A stretch of 59,010 nucleotides of DNA, counting the filler, from Sphacelaria rigidula (taxonomy: Eukaryota): assembly GCA_964200075.2 (NCBI GenBank). It is 7 parts of 7 records of this genome, joined end to end, with 100 filler letters (N's around TTAATTAATTAA, not from the genome) between each part and the next. Parts side by side here need not be neighbours in the genome. Positions count along the whole stretch, not along the records: positions 8,447 to 16,792 come from CAXNAA020011443.1; positions 16,893 to 25,236 come from CAXNAA020011444.1; positions 25,337 to 33,680 come from CAXNAA020011445.1; 4 more parts are not named here. One strand, written 5' to 3'. Position numbers and translations under genes: made by a program. The notes beneath the pieces are model-generated. The model had not been told where the DNA came from and made no database searches. It was given only the letters and a program-made list of their open reading frames with translations. Position 1 is the stretch's first letter, and each line of letters begins with the position of its first letter. Below are positions 13,851-25,399 of the stretch, one piece after another.

Positions 13851-14902
13851 AATGTTTCAGTCAGGACGTATTATTTTCAATGGGCACCGTAGTGGGCAGT
13901 CAGCACAACTGTAGAGTACAACACAATATCACACAGGCAGCGAATGTGAATGCAGACGGTCAGCTTTATTCAACCCGTTCTGGTCATGAGTACTATCTAG
14001 TATAACATATATTGGGTGTACAGACATGCGTACGTGAGCGTTATATTTGTGATCAGAATTGCGACAGATTTCAGAGGAACCGCAACCGCGAAATTGCAAC
14101 GTCACATGTTCTGAACATGTTATGAAGCTCAACCCTCAGGCCCTCCTCTGACGGAGTTCCCACTCTTCAATGCCGGTACCTCCGTCGTACTTATGTCCCA
14201 TTATGCTACACACCGCGGGTTGGAGATATGGCCTATGGGGTTGTGTCGAGGCGGATATTGAGTTTCTGATGAAAGCTCTACTGCGAGAAAAATGGCCACC
14301 TCAATATTCATGCTCCTACCTCCCCACTGAGGGTTGCTGCAGCTCCTTGGTCGAACCCATGTATATGGGAAAAAAAGGATCCCGGGAGCTTCCGAAGATA
14401 ACCAAAAATGCATGTAGCTCTACATGATGATTTTGCCGTGTACATACTACTCAATCTGTACTTGTCTGCAGCGCAAACGTTGAGTGGAGAACTCGCTGCA
14501 ACTAGGTCTGTCTCTCTTGCGTCCAGCAGTGAAACAGCTCGCAGATAAGCAGGTCTAGGCGGAAGTCATTCATCATCACATAGGTTTCGATACCAATGCA
14601 ATCGCTGCACCGTGGCTTTCAGAGAACGTTTGAGTGGGAAACATCATCGTCGACCTGTGGGTGTTTTGAACAGTAAACTACGGTAGCGATATATAGACGC
14701 CCGCGTATCACGCTAGACGCGCGTGGCAAGAGCGTACGTCACAGGGGAAGCACACGACCATGCTGGTACTCACGAAAATCGGATGATTTGAACAATCTGC
14801 CACAACAACGACACGCACGAGTTTTGCCATACTGCAGCAGTCGGATGTCAGGTGTTGAGTTTCTTGCCGTCGTCTGTAAATTACCGTTCCCTCTATCAGT
14901 AG

Positions 14903-15102
14903 CTACCAAATGCTCATGAGGGCAGTCACCTGGCCATATTCTCGAATGTGATATTCAGGTCCTCACCTGTTTATCGAGGGGGCCGTGCTGAAGCAAATGT
15001 CTCCTCCGGTTATAGGCGCGGTGAAGAAGTATATACTAGAAACATTAGTCCGTTGACGGCGAAGGGGCTCGACCTGTTGACATCGGACTCATCGTTCGTT
15101 TG
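14903..15102 (+). CDS. Protein kinase exon (subdomains I-III, atypical)
   Basis: Open frame FSNVIFRSSPVYRGGRAEANVSSGYRRGEEVYTRNISPLTAKGLDLLTSDSSFV ending TG|GTAGTG, phase 2, compatible with the next exon. The 5' boundary is uncertain. Confidence 0.5.
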
Positions 15103-15320
15103 GTAGTGGCCCGCTCGTTGGATGCAACGAAGGCTACAGCATCCGGTGACAAGCAATACAACAAAACAAACTGCACACACCTTCAATGCTCACACACGGG
15201 GCCGTTCACAAGCGTGCTATTGATAGTCGTATCTACTGGCATCACGTCGATCCACCATTCTCCCATCCCCCGGCGCCATGCTTATGCCTCCTGTGGTCTG
15301 TTCTTTTGCTAACATCGAAG

Positions 15321-15470
15321 GCTCAACAACGAGCACCCCAACCTGGTGCCCGTCTACTCCATGGACGCTGAGAAGTACACGATTGTGATGCGGCGGGCGC
15401 ACGGCGATCTGTTCCAGAAGCTGGCCAAGAAGGGTGGTCTTCGAGATGTCTCGATGGCAGCCCGCATGAG
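15321..15470 (+). CDS. Protein kinase exon (subdomains IV-V)
   Basis: TGCTAAC branch-like site and AG acceptor; LNNEHPNLVPVYS...IVMRRAHGDLFQKL; donor AG|GTGTGA, phase 2. Confidence 0.8.
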
Positions 15471-16443
15471 GTGTGATGAGATCGGGTACAGACCTGCCCG
15501 TCATGTTTATCTTTATATGCCGTGCCTATCAGATTTCTACGTTTTCTGTTGTAGCGGTCGTGTGGTCGAATCAACTCGAATCTACTACTGCTGCCTCGCT
15601 ACGTTCGTCGTCTACTGTTCCAATTTTCGACGTATCGTACGACAACGTCTCGATTCCTCGGGAAACAGTTGATAATTGTGCAACAATAGAGAGCTTTCGG
15701 AAACGCGTTGTCTTGTGTCAGCGTAGCTTTTGTCGGCATAGACATGCCATGAATTTGGCACTTCCGACAACTCACAATACCTCTCTCGGCATGTTGAGTT
15801 CAGCATGTATTGTGTGACAAAAGAGTGTTCGAAATCGTTAGCCTCATGAGATATAGACGCTGGTAATCGTCATGATGACGAGAGGAAAAAAATGAAACGT
15901 TCCCGAAACTCTCTTGTAAGTCGACCAATGAACCAATGAACCAATATAAAACCACGATCCCGACTTGTCGTATATGCTAGTGATTCCCTGCGGACCCAAC
16001 GTGTCGGAATCGTTATTCTCGCATGCTGTAGCACCTTGTCCCCACCAACTATTAGGAATAGCATTGGACAGTATATTTCCCTCATTGTGTCGAGATCTTC
16101 TCTCGTTCACATACATCTTCCTACACGTCGCTATTGTTGTCGGTGCCTTACCAGAGTCGTCTTTCGAAAGAAGGCAATTCGTCGAAAGAAGGAGATAGAT
16201 GTGTACGAGGTACAGCTTTGTGCTGTATTGTATCAGCCGTCAAGTGACCGGTGCTACAAATATAGTCGATGTTTTTCTCTGTCATGCCTGTAGCCATTCC
16301 GCACAATGATGGATCAAGACTTGGTATTATTGTTTTCTTCTTGAGTCAAAATATACTGGTAGCTCGGTAGTTTAGATGTCCAACTGCGCCCGTCTTTGGC
16401 GTGCCCTTACACCCGCTTTTTTTGTACTGGATGATACTAACAG

Positions 16444-16583
16444 GTTGATGGGTCATGCGATATCTGCCCTGAACTTCATGCACGAGCAAAAGCGATTGGT
16501 GCACGGGGACTTCAAACCTCAAAACATTCTCATCAACAACGACATGTCGCACACATGGCTGGCCGATTTCGGTGCCGCTGGCG
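16444..16583 (+). CDS. Protein kinase exon (subdomains VIa-VII), non-RD type; gene truncated by contig end
   Basis: TACTAACAG acceptor; SALNFMHEQKRLVHGDFKPQNILIN...WLADFG; donor G|GTGAG; in phase with the previous exon. Confidence 0.9.
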
Positions 16584-16792
16584 GTGAGCTGCTTCTAAAG
16601 GCTTTGAATAGCAAAGCTGATCAACCGATCGAGAGGGTCGTTGCGCCATGTTTTGCTGGAGATGTTCCAGCATCGAGCTCGTAATCATCGACTTTCGACT
16701 CCCAGCGAGTCGCGTGGCCATAAAATATGTAATTAACAACAAATTGTGAGAATTGAGGTTTAACTTCGAGATGAGGCTCAAGCCTAAAACAG

Positions 16793-16892
16793 NNNNNNNN
16801 NNNNNNNNNNNNNNNNNNNNNNNNNNNNNNNNNNNNTTAATTAATTAANNNNNNNNNNNNNNNNNNNNNNNNNNNNNNNNNNNNNNNNNNNN
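16793..16892. other. Artificial contig linker
   Basis: 44 N + TTAATTAATTAA + 44 N. Confidence 0.98.
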
Positions 16893-17298
16893 GCGAGATT
16901 AGTCTTTCTAGATCATGCATACTGTTTTTCACTTGAAATTGATGCCGATTCGACAGAAGACTAACCTCGCGGTCTAAGGGTTAACCCTTAGACTGCGGTG
17001 CAGGTAGTCTATCTGGGTCACAAATATTTTTTCAAATGAATATTGATGCCGATTCAGCAGGTGACCTACTCTCGCCGTCTAAGGGTCAACCCTCAGACCG
17101 CGGTGCGGGTAGTCGACCTGGATAACGCATACATTTTTCAAGTGAAATTGATGCAGATTCGGCAGGTGACCTATATTCGCGGTCTAACGGTTAACCCTTG
17201 GACCGCGAGGGTAGTCCATCTGGACCACGCGTACTTTTTGTTTAAGTGAAATTGATGCCGATTTAACAGATGACCTACTCTCGCGGTGTGAGGGTTGA
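16893..17298 (+). mobile_element. Tandem array of four ~100-bp piggyBac-type MITEs
   Basis: Units 16893-16980 (5' truncated), 16985-17085, 17090-17190 and 17195-17294, each close to CCCTTAGACCGCG...CGCGGTCTAAGGG, separated by a single TTAA, TCAA or TTAA. Confidence 0.85.
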
Positions 17299-17359
17299 AA
17301 ACAAACTAACTGATACCTGCCACTCACACACGATTATCGTGGGGGGGAAAGTGGGGAAT

Positions 17360-18190
17360 AATGCCACAAACATACCGTTGTGGGGAGTCCGGTCCCAAAA
17401 GGTTTACTGATTGTGGCGTTGGGGTTACTAACATGTGGTCGTGGCGTTCGTTAACGGCAAACGAGCGGGAAAAGAGCCGAATATGTGGGCCCAATGGTTG
17501 GAGTTGGCGCGCAGATTCTCTTGCGCGCAGTATCCCGCATCAGGTACAGTGTGGGAAACGATGACCCAGCACAGGTACTTTCTCCGCCGACAGGTGGCCT
17601 GGACAAAGTACGATTGAAGAAGAGTTCCTACATGAGGCATACCTGGCCGAAAGTTGGCCTAGAAAAGGGGAAGTGGTATCTGGAGGCAAGACGTCCTTCT
17701 GCGCATGACCATATCTCGCGAGTAAGATGTCTTTTTTTATTTTCTTTTTTTTCGAGGCGAGGGTGCCGAGGAGCCCCCCGATTGCTGTGCGTGAAAGATT
17801 CGGAGCAATATCGGTGTAGATTGTGTGTTCTGCTGTTTTCGCGTTTCTGGTCATTTTTCGTACATTTCTTCGGCGAAATACGAGAAGGTATACCTGTTCT
17901 AGGTCATTGCTTCTTCTTTTTTTCGGCGACAAGGATGGAGGAGGACCGGTCGTCGACGGATGGGTTAGGTCTGGTTGAGCCTCCTGGACGAGACACTTAC
18001 TACAGACCAGCACCAGAGTGCGTAACGAAGGAGAAAGTGTTTCGTCACGAAAGGAAGCAGAGGGGGCACTGTTTGGGATTATGGACACCGGCGAGGATGG
18101 CCGGTTGGGTTGGCCATGGACGCTGGTGAGGACAGATGGGAGCGTCAGGAGGTCAACTTCGAAGAAGACCTTGCAGCGTAGAAAAGCATA
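17360..18190 (+). mobile_element. Possible non-LTR (RTE-like LINE) 3' fragments
   Basis: Decayed peptides such as KRAGKEPNMWAQWLE and RKQRGHCLGLW...AGWVG loosely resemble the LINE ORF2 C-terminus. Confidence 0.25.
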
Positions 18191-19059
18191 GCAGTCGGAT
18201 AATTTCGTTGCGGGTGGAACATTATTTTTCTGTTAGGTTTGTGACAGTTGTTTGTTGTGGAAACTACATACAGACGGTATCCCGTGTTTTTATGGTTGAA
18301 TATAGGACACTCTGAACATATCCTGTTTTTTGCTGATAGCCTTATGCCTTGTGTAGGCTGGACACGCCCTGTATGTTGTGTTGCCATAGCGATGCTGCTT
18401 GACCAAAACCCGAGAGAGATTGTAGTTCCTAGCTTTTCCTCCTCGTTGCCATCGGCTCTTCCTGTCTTTTTTTTAATCTTCCCATCTGACGATGTTCAGT
18501 CTCCGGTGCGCAGGCTCTTTAGAGGATGTCTTGAAAAGCACTCCACACAGTACATCTATTTTGGGATTGGTCTCTGTTGTACGCGACAGTTTCGATTATC
18601 GGCTCACTCGCTGTTACTACTCTGTGTATACACCAGTACGTGGCAAGGTAGTCGGAGAAATGGCACGCGAGGACTATTTAGATTCCAGTAGGTATCCTGT
18701 AGTTCAATCGGTCTTCTACGGATCTATCGTAGTGTAGGTGCCCTTTTTCGTGTATGTTTCGTTTCTTGTCTTCCTCTGCGGGCTGTTTGATGTATGGGTA
18801 TGGGTGGTATGCTCCTTGCACTCTGTGACCACGGGTTCGAGAGATCGAGCTAATGTGACAAACATACTAATAGTGCCCTTTTTATTATTATGCCCTACTC
18901 ATTCTCCGTATCGAGTTTGAAGGTCCAACACTCAAACTTGAGGTGAGGCGGGGCCTGCAAACTGCAATTCCGCTTCTAGGCTGGACCAGCACGTATGGCC
19001 TCAATACTCCACCCAAATTTTAGGTAGATTGGGTGTGATGTGTGTGTTGTGTTATCGTC

Positions 19060-19272
19060 CCATCTATTCTGGACGCCGATCTACACCTTCCGGTATATGT
19101 GGGCGCACCCCACCAGCCGGGGTATCACAGGGGGAAAACCAACACAGGAGTTTTTTCTCTTGTGTTTGTTTTAGTCCCTCACCTTGCTTCTGCGGTGTTT
19201 GCCTTTATTTTTTATCGCAAGAGGAGCTCAGCCGTCCCTTACCCTCGTCGACCATAGAGTCAAATTTTGGAT
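19060..19272 (-). mobile_element. 3' part of a tRNA-derived SINE (same family as 49830-50102)
   Basis: Reverse complement shares GGTCGACGAGGG.AAGGGAC.GCTGA...AAAGGCAA.CACCGCAGAAG.AAGGT...AAAAACTCCTGT with the 49830 copy. Confidence 0.7.
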
Positions 19273-20446
19273 ACGACCTCAAATACTCTACCCAAATTTG
19301 GGTATGCCCTCTCAGCACTTGGGTAAATTTATGACCTCAATACTCTTACCCAAAAGTTGGGCAAGTTGGGTGCTATCTCTAATCCTCTGCCCATGTTTTG
19401 GGTACATTGCGTACGATTTCACCACTCTACCCAAATGTTTGGTTACCAAGAGTAGGACTTTTCAAAATACCCTACCCGACCTGACATTGCAATAATTCAC
19501 GGTTAGGACGAATCAGCACGACTAAGAATCACCAAATCCACGATTTATTCGGCCTAATTACCAAAAAGGGAGAAAAAAGTTGACCGCTGGTTCAAGGGGT
19601 ATCCACGCAACTTTTCGCTATTCCACGTGTCTGGGCTGCGTGTACCTGGGTTGCACCGCTGAAAACAAAGCCTAGGGATTGATTGATTCGTACGAGTCGA
19701 ATCAGTTATACTAGAACCAAGTAATTTCCAGACGAATCATCGATTCGTCCCACCCTTGCAATAATTGGACGGCTTCGCGCTTCGTAGTCGAACGGTGGGG
19801 CTCTTCCACTGCGGGAGCAACGGCACACGTAGATCAAAACAGAAAGGGGTGCGCTGGCATTCGTAATCTCGAACGGCTTCGCGCCACGACTGTTGACCCT
19901 GTGTAAAGATTTGGGATATTTACTGCAGAGGCAATGGAACAGCATCCTTCTTGTCCCGAGGCCACACTTTTCGAGACACCATCGCAGTCTAACTTGTAAG
20001 TAGGCCTCTTCTCTATTCACGCCTGAGGAGTGATGCGACGGTGAGGACGCACAAATATTTTCTGAGGTTGGAATCGTTAGCAGCCCGTTGTCTCTCATGC
20101 AAAACACGACATATAAAATATGTGGCAGTACGCCAGAATTGCCATTCCAATGTGCTAAAATAGGGATATCCCGAATGAATTTGCAAACGGGGATGCCCTG
20201 ACCCATATTCTTGTGCATCTAGAATCGTTAGGAGCCCTTGAACCAGACACGATTTTGCGTAAAAAGTGCCCCCCCACCGTAGCGTTGCTCTAAGGTTCAG
20301 AGAAACGCCTCTTCTCAAGTCGAGTACAATGCATGCCGTACGGTGTTGGCTCCTCAAAGGCGTACACAGTCCAGTCTTGGTACGCCGGTATGTACTGACG
20401 GGGAGAGTCGACCATTCATCGGGACTCGGGTTTACGCCGTTGTGAG

Positions 20447-20544
20447 CCCTTAGACAGCAAGAGTAGGTCGTCTGTTGAATCGGCATCAATTTCTGTTGAA
20501 AGAAGTATGCATGATCCAGATGGACTGCCCTCGCGGTCTAAGAT
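20447..20544 (-). mobile_element. piggyBac-type MITE (inverted copy)
   Basis: Reverse complement of the ~100-bp unit; abuts the next copy through TTGA (20545-20548). Confidence 0.75.
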
Positions 20545-20548
20545 TTGA

Positions 20549-21569
20549 CCCTAAGATCGCGAGGGTAGTTCATCTGGACCATGAATAATTTTTTCAACTG
20601 AAATTGATGCCGATTCAACAGATGAGCTACTCTCGCCGTCCGTAGGCTTTTGCTTCTTATGCGCGCATATAATTTCGCGCATAAGCATAAGCATAAGCAT
20701 ATGCGTTCTTTGAAGAACGTATGTTTGTGGAGATTTCAGCATGAGCAAAGGCATAAAAGCTAAGTTTTACGCATAACTTGGCGCATATACTACTCCAACG
20801 GGATTATGCACCCCATGTTCAGCAGCCAGTACCTGCCCACGCGGGTGCTCCATGTGGCGTGGTTCGTAGAGTCGTGGCGTTTGTGTTCGTAATTTCTTTT
20901 TTTGCACTCTGTTGCGGGTCTGATACCGGTTTTGGTTCTGTATGTGAGCTACTCTGTGTAAATGTGAAACTGATGAAAAAACAAATGTGTCATTTTCCCC
21001 ATCAAACTTGGCGGCTCCCGCCACAACGTCACACGCCAAACAGTCCAATCCACAACTGTACAGCGCACAGCGCACAGGACACAGTGCACCGACAGTACAG
21101 CAGTGAGCACTACACTACTCTGGCAGAGCAGAAAGAGGTCGAGGTGACCGAGGTGCGGACTCCGGCGGCCCAACAGCGCGACGCGCAGGATATCGCTGAG
21201 GAGCAGAGGGCGAGAGAAAAAGCGCAGAACTTTTTTATTACTATTTATTTTTCCTTTTTTTTTATTATTATCTCCGTTATGGCCTTCGAAGCCAATGGAC
21301 GAAGAATAAAACGAGCGAGCCTTCCTTCCAAGCAATCGTGAAATCTCGAAATGTTCAACGTGCAGTCTTGTCTTCTTGCCGGGAGGTACGTTCCATGGGC
21401 GGTGCCGCCAGGAACCCGCCAGGAACCATCTCAAGAACGACGCGAAAAAGGCACATAAGTCGCGCATACTTCACCAAAATACGCATAAATCGGCGCATAA
21501 CGTTCACTTCTGAACATGGAAAAAGGGGAAAAAATGCGCATGAGAAGCAAAAGTCTAGCCGTCCACGGG
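20549..21569 (+). mobile_element. piggyBac-type MITE interrupted in its right TIR by a hAT element
   Basis: Unit runs 20549-20642 and resumes GCCGTCCACGGG at 21558-21569. Confidence 0.75.
20643..21557. mobile_element. 915-bp non-autonomous hAT-type element
   Basis: 22-bp TIR TAGGCTTTTGCTTCTTATGCGC vs TAGACTTTTGCTTCTCATGCGC; 8-bp TSD GCCGTCCG/GCCGTCCA; subterminal GCATAA repeats. Confidence 0.85.
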
Positions 21570-21893
21570 TGGACCCTTTCACCACCAGGGTTCCTTTCTG
21601 TTGGGTCGGCGTCATTTTACGTTATTTTTCAAGTGTAGGGCGGGTTCTTATCGAAAAGGAGTATCTTTTTTTTTAAGTCCCCTGTTTCACAAACGAGCGC
21701 TGATTGGTCGCTGCGATACCGCCCCCCAGAAAACATGCCCGAAAAATCTCTTTGAAACGAGGATTTCAGGAAGTAAAATAGCACTCCCTGTAGTCCCCTC
21801 TTGAAGATGAGATTTTTGAGCAGCTCAAAGAGTAACATAAATGTGTCGTTGAGGGGCACACGCAAATATTTTCCACACAACCCAAAAACAATC

Positions 21894-22161
21894 CAGAGGC
21901 ACCGTAGGTAATGTACCGTACCGAGCGTACCCCCGGTATTTACCGGGGTATCCCATACCGTGGTATGCGTAGGTATCGTAGGTATGACATTTCAAAATAC
22001 CGGACTGGGCGGGTACGGTAGGTATTGGAATCTCGAAATACCTTGGTACCGTAGGTATCGTAGGTATATCATATCAAAATACCGGATTGGACCGGTATCG
22101 GTAGGGTATGAGATGTCCCAACTACCGGTACCGGGTACCTACCTTTCCTACGGTGCCTGTG
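21894..22161. mobile_element. 268-bp hAT-type MITE
   Basis: 15-bp TIR CAGAGGCACCGTAGG vs CACAGGCACCGTAGG; perfect 8-bp TSD AAACAATC; interior rich in TACCG/CGGTA. Confidence 0.9.
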
Positions 22162-22559
22162 AAACAATCAGAGCTTAGCCCCGCAAACCGAAGACACGCA
22201 GCTCGATACGTAGCTGCTGATCAGCTGAGCACCTCGTGCGTGAACTTGCTCAAATCTGTTCAGAATTCAATGGGAAACGATGATGTGTGTGAGACGAGCG
22301 CACAGCACACGCACACAAACCGTCTGCACGACACGTTTTCAATTGTAGCTTGACGCGCACGCGGCCGCTATTCGTCTAATACAGAACGAGTTTCCGCCAA
22401 ACAAAGCCTGCAGTGTGTAGATTTGCAAGGGCTAGAGGTGGAACTGATGCGCGTGAGTGGTGGGTGTCTGTGCGTGTTTATTCGGGGCTGGGTGTGTAGG
22501 TGTTGTGTTGCCTTGTTGCGTCTTGTCTGCAACAGTACAGAGATGTTGGGCCAACGACC

Positions 22560-22990
22560 ACTTCCATACCCACCGCATTTCTGAACCTTCGTGCTGATCT
22601 GGGCTTCAATCTAGATAAAACTGCTTGTCGATAAGACTAGGCTTTGGCTTCGTATGCGCGTTTTGTTTCCCCAATTGTGCTCATTTTTTTATATGCTGTC
22701 CCCCAGATTTTATGTAGGATCCAGCTGCGCGGGTTTGGAGATGAGGTCAACTGGTTTAAACCCGTCGACTGCGACCCCTCATCCAGATCGCCTTCGATCG
22801 CCTGTGGCACATTTGGTGTTTCAGCGTACTCATGTTTCAAGTAATGCAGAACGTCTATGTACATGAAGACATCGTTTTTGAGCATGTGTACATTTCCTGT
22901 CGGAATCAGTGCTGGAGAATCCTTCACCGGTTTTTAGCCACCAGACAAGTGCGTATATAGGTATGTTTCCGCTTCCGCTGAGCCATGTTC
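22560..22990 (-). pseudogene. piggyBac transposase remnant
   Basis: WW...PALIPTGNVHMLKNDVFMYIDVLHYL...LHKIW...STIGETKRAYEAKA*SYRQAVLSRLKP resembles the piggyBac pattern YW..P...MSRNRF..I...LHF...KIRP...SIDE.M..FKG...KQY...KP. Confidence 0.45.
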
Positions 22991-25236
22991 GCGAGGCACA
23001 TGCGTTCGTGCTTTGCGAGGAAGTGGTGCACGCCGGGCAGCTACTGCTACTGGAATAGTTCGAAAGAAATGCATACTCTCTTCGTGTCCTTTTGGCGTCT
23101 TGCTTCTCTTCTTCAAATCGTGTGGCGTTTTTTCGTTGCCTCCGGCGCTGGGCCCTCACCAGCCTGTGGAGTTACGTGCAGCTCTGGTGTGCTACTCATT
23201 GTAGCCTGTGAGCTAGCGTCCGCCCTCCTGTTCGGGGTATACCGTGACAATTAGATCCATTCATGACACTTGAGGGCTACGCCCGCAGTGTAAAAAAGGA
23301 GTATGATATTGCTCGACTGTCCGTCGGGTGAAGACACGAGTAAGTCTGACCGATGATACTTGCGTCAAACCAACCGACTCCTATCAAAGAAAACACTCGC
23401 TTGTTGCGTCATTCGTGCGCAGGCTGGCCCCGGTGTGCGATGCCCGGAGTGCTTTCGTTGCTTCTCGTTCAACTGCGTGGAGGCAGTGCCAGTGTCTGCT
23501 GCTGCCCTAGGGAAAGCCGAAAATGGGGCGAGTGGTGCGGAGGCAGGACCGAAAGAGGGAACTACTCAACAACCTGACGAATCGGGGTGAGCTGCTCTTG
23601 AGGACATTATTGGTATCATTTTATTGTATGCTTGTAGGGGACACACGTAGTAGTATCATTATTTTTTCCTTTCGTCGCATTCCTCCCCCCTCATCCCCCG
23701 TGTCCGCTTCCATCGAGAGGAGTCTGCAATCCCAAGAGTTTCAGCCCATAGCTCCCCCGATATTTTATATCAAAGCCACGACAGTACGTTTGGCGCTTGA
23801 GCCCTGCAGACCCGTAGAGGCCGACCTTGAAATGTTGTGTTTGACCCGGTGCAAGGAGCTCAACCCCCTTCAGCGTTCGCGCCCAGATCCTTGGTTGAAA
23901 TTCAGCTGGATGCATTTTTGAATGGGGGAACTCGAGACAGCTGTTTTTGGCGACGATAACGCTCACGTAGAAGGTGCAGTGGTTGCAGCTATCATCCTGA
24001 CGCTAAACCCGGAGGGTGCATGAAAAGGGGACCATGGTACCCGCCCCCGCGGCCATGTCGCAAAGCTACTGCAAGGTCATTGACTGAAGCTGGTGCATTT
24101 GAGGAACTCCTGTACGCGCGCCCGTGTCCATTTCGCGTCCATCTACGGTGACGTTTTGAGTCATTCTCCAGTATCAAGTCACTTTCCAGACCACCCCGTC
24201 GGGGGTTGGTGGGGGGAGGGGGGGGGCAGGAGTGGTCGCTGTGAGCAGCAAAATATTCAGAACAATGAGTACGGACGCTTCGAGTGTCGATTGAGTGCTA
24301 CTGTCTCAACTGCATCGTGTTGAAAACGGCTGAAACCCCGCGTTTCGTTTTTCAAGACTCGCAGATGCGGGCTCATCGATTCGAAGCACAACCAATGTTC
24401 TCGTGCTAAGTGACTCAAGCCTCGCATGTGAATGTGAACCCCATACGTGCACCCACACTTACTGAACCGCACAGGCGTGATTTTTCCCCGCCAACGCTAC
24501 CGAAACACACAACACACAGGACCGTTCCCGGAAGAACCGGTACCTCTGCAAATAGCTACGAACGGCGCCTCTCCAGGCCCCCTTTTGCTATTTTCGGACC
24601 GCGTGTGTACATATGCGTACCACTGACCCAAGCCTTGAGTTAACTATACGTGGTGATGGGCTTTCAACGGGTATGATACGGAACAACAATCGAGAGTCTC
24701 AGAGTGCTGTGGGCCCTTGCTCCTCTACCGTGCCGGGGAACACCGTGAAGCCCCCGAGAGCCGGGGCGAAATATACCCAGCTTTCTTTTCTCTCGCCCTC
24801 CTGGGATACGGTCATGTTCCAACATGCACATGAGACTACTGTCACCTGGTCCCACTCATGGATGTGCGGAACCCATCATATTTCGACCACGGGTCTGAAT
24901 AATTGAGTTAGTGCAATGGAAACGAACAACGAACCCACGCAACCAATGTAGCATTAGCTTTCACCGTTTCTGTATTATTAACCATGGCTCTCTGTGTACT
25001 TTGTTAATTTGTCGCGTTTGTGAGGTACTCTTATACTACAGTCTTTAATTCTTGAGTCCATGTCTTCGTTTTCCCTGATTGACATCGACTTCGTTCTGAT
25101 GTGCTACAGGCTGGGCCAGCAAAGAGTGCCGCTTTTGCACCTCCAACCATAACTCGTCAAGTTTACCAAATCACTTCGACTTGAGCATATCGCTGTAAAC
25201 TGCAGACCAACCTGGTGCTGCACGGCACCGCCGCTG

Positions 25237-25336
25237 NNNNNNNNNNNNNNNNNNNNNNNNNNNNNNNNNNNNNNNNNNNNTTAATTAATTAANNNNNNNN
25301 NNNNNNNNNNNNNNNNNNNNNNNNNNNNNNNNNNNN
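25237..25336. other. Artificial contig linker
   Basis: 44 N + TTAATTAATTAA + 44 N. Confidence 0.98.
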
Positions 25337-25399
25337 CTGACAGCTTGCCTCAACCCTATTCTCAATCGTATCGAAGATTCTCAATCTCACGAAAACATT

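Noticed and set aside
16893-17298. CRISPR-like array
   Set aside because: Whole ~100-bp units are homologous with no unique spacers; TTAA and CCC...GGG ends identify piggyBac MITEs; no cas genes; eukaryotic context
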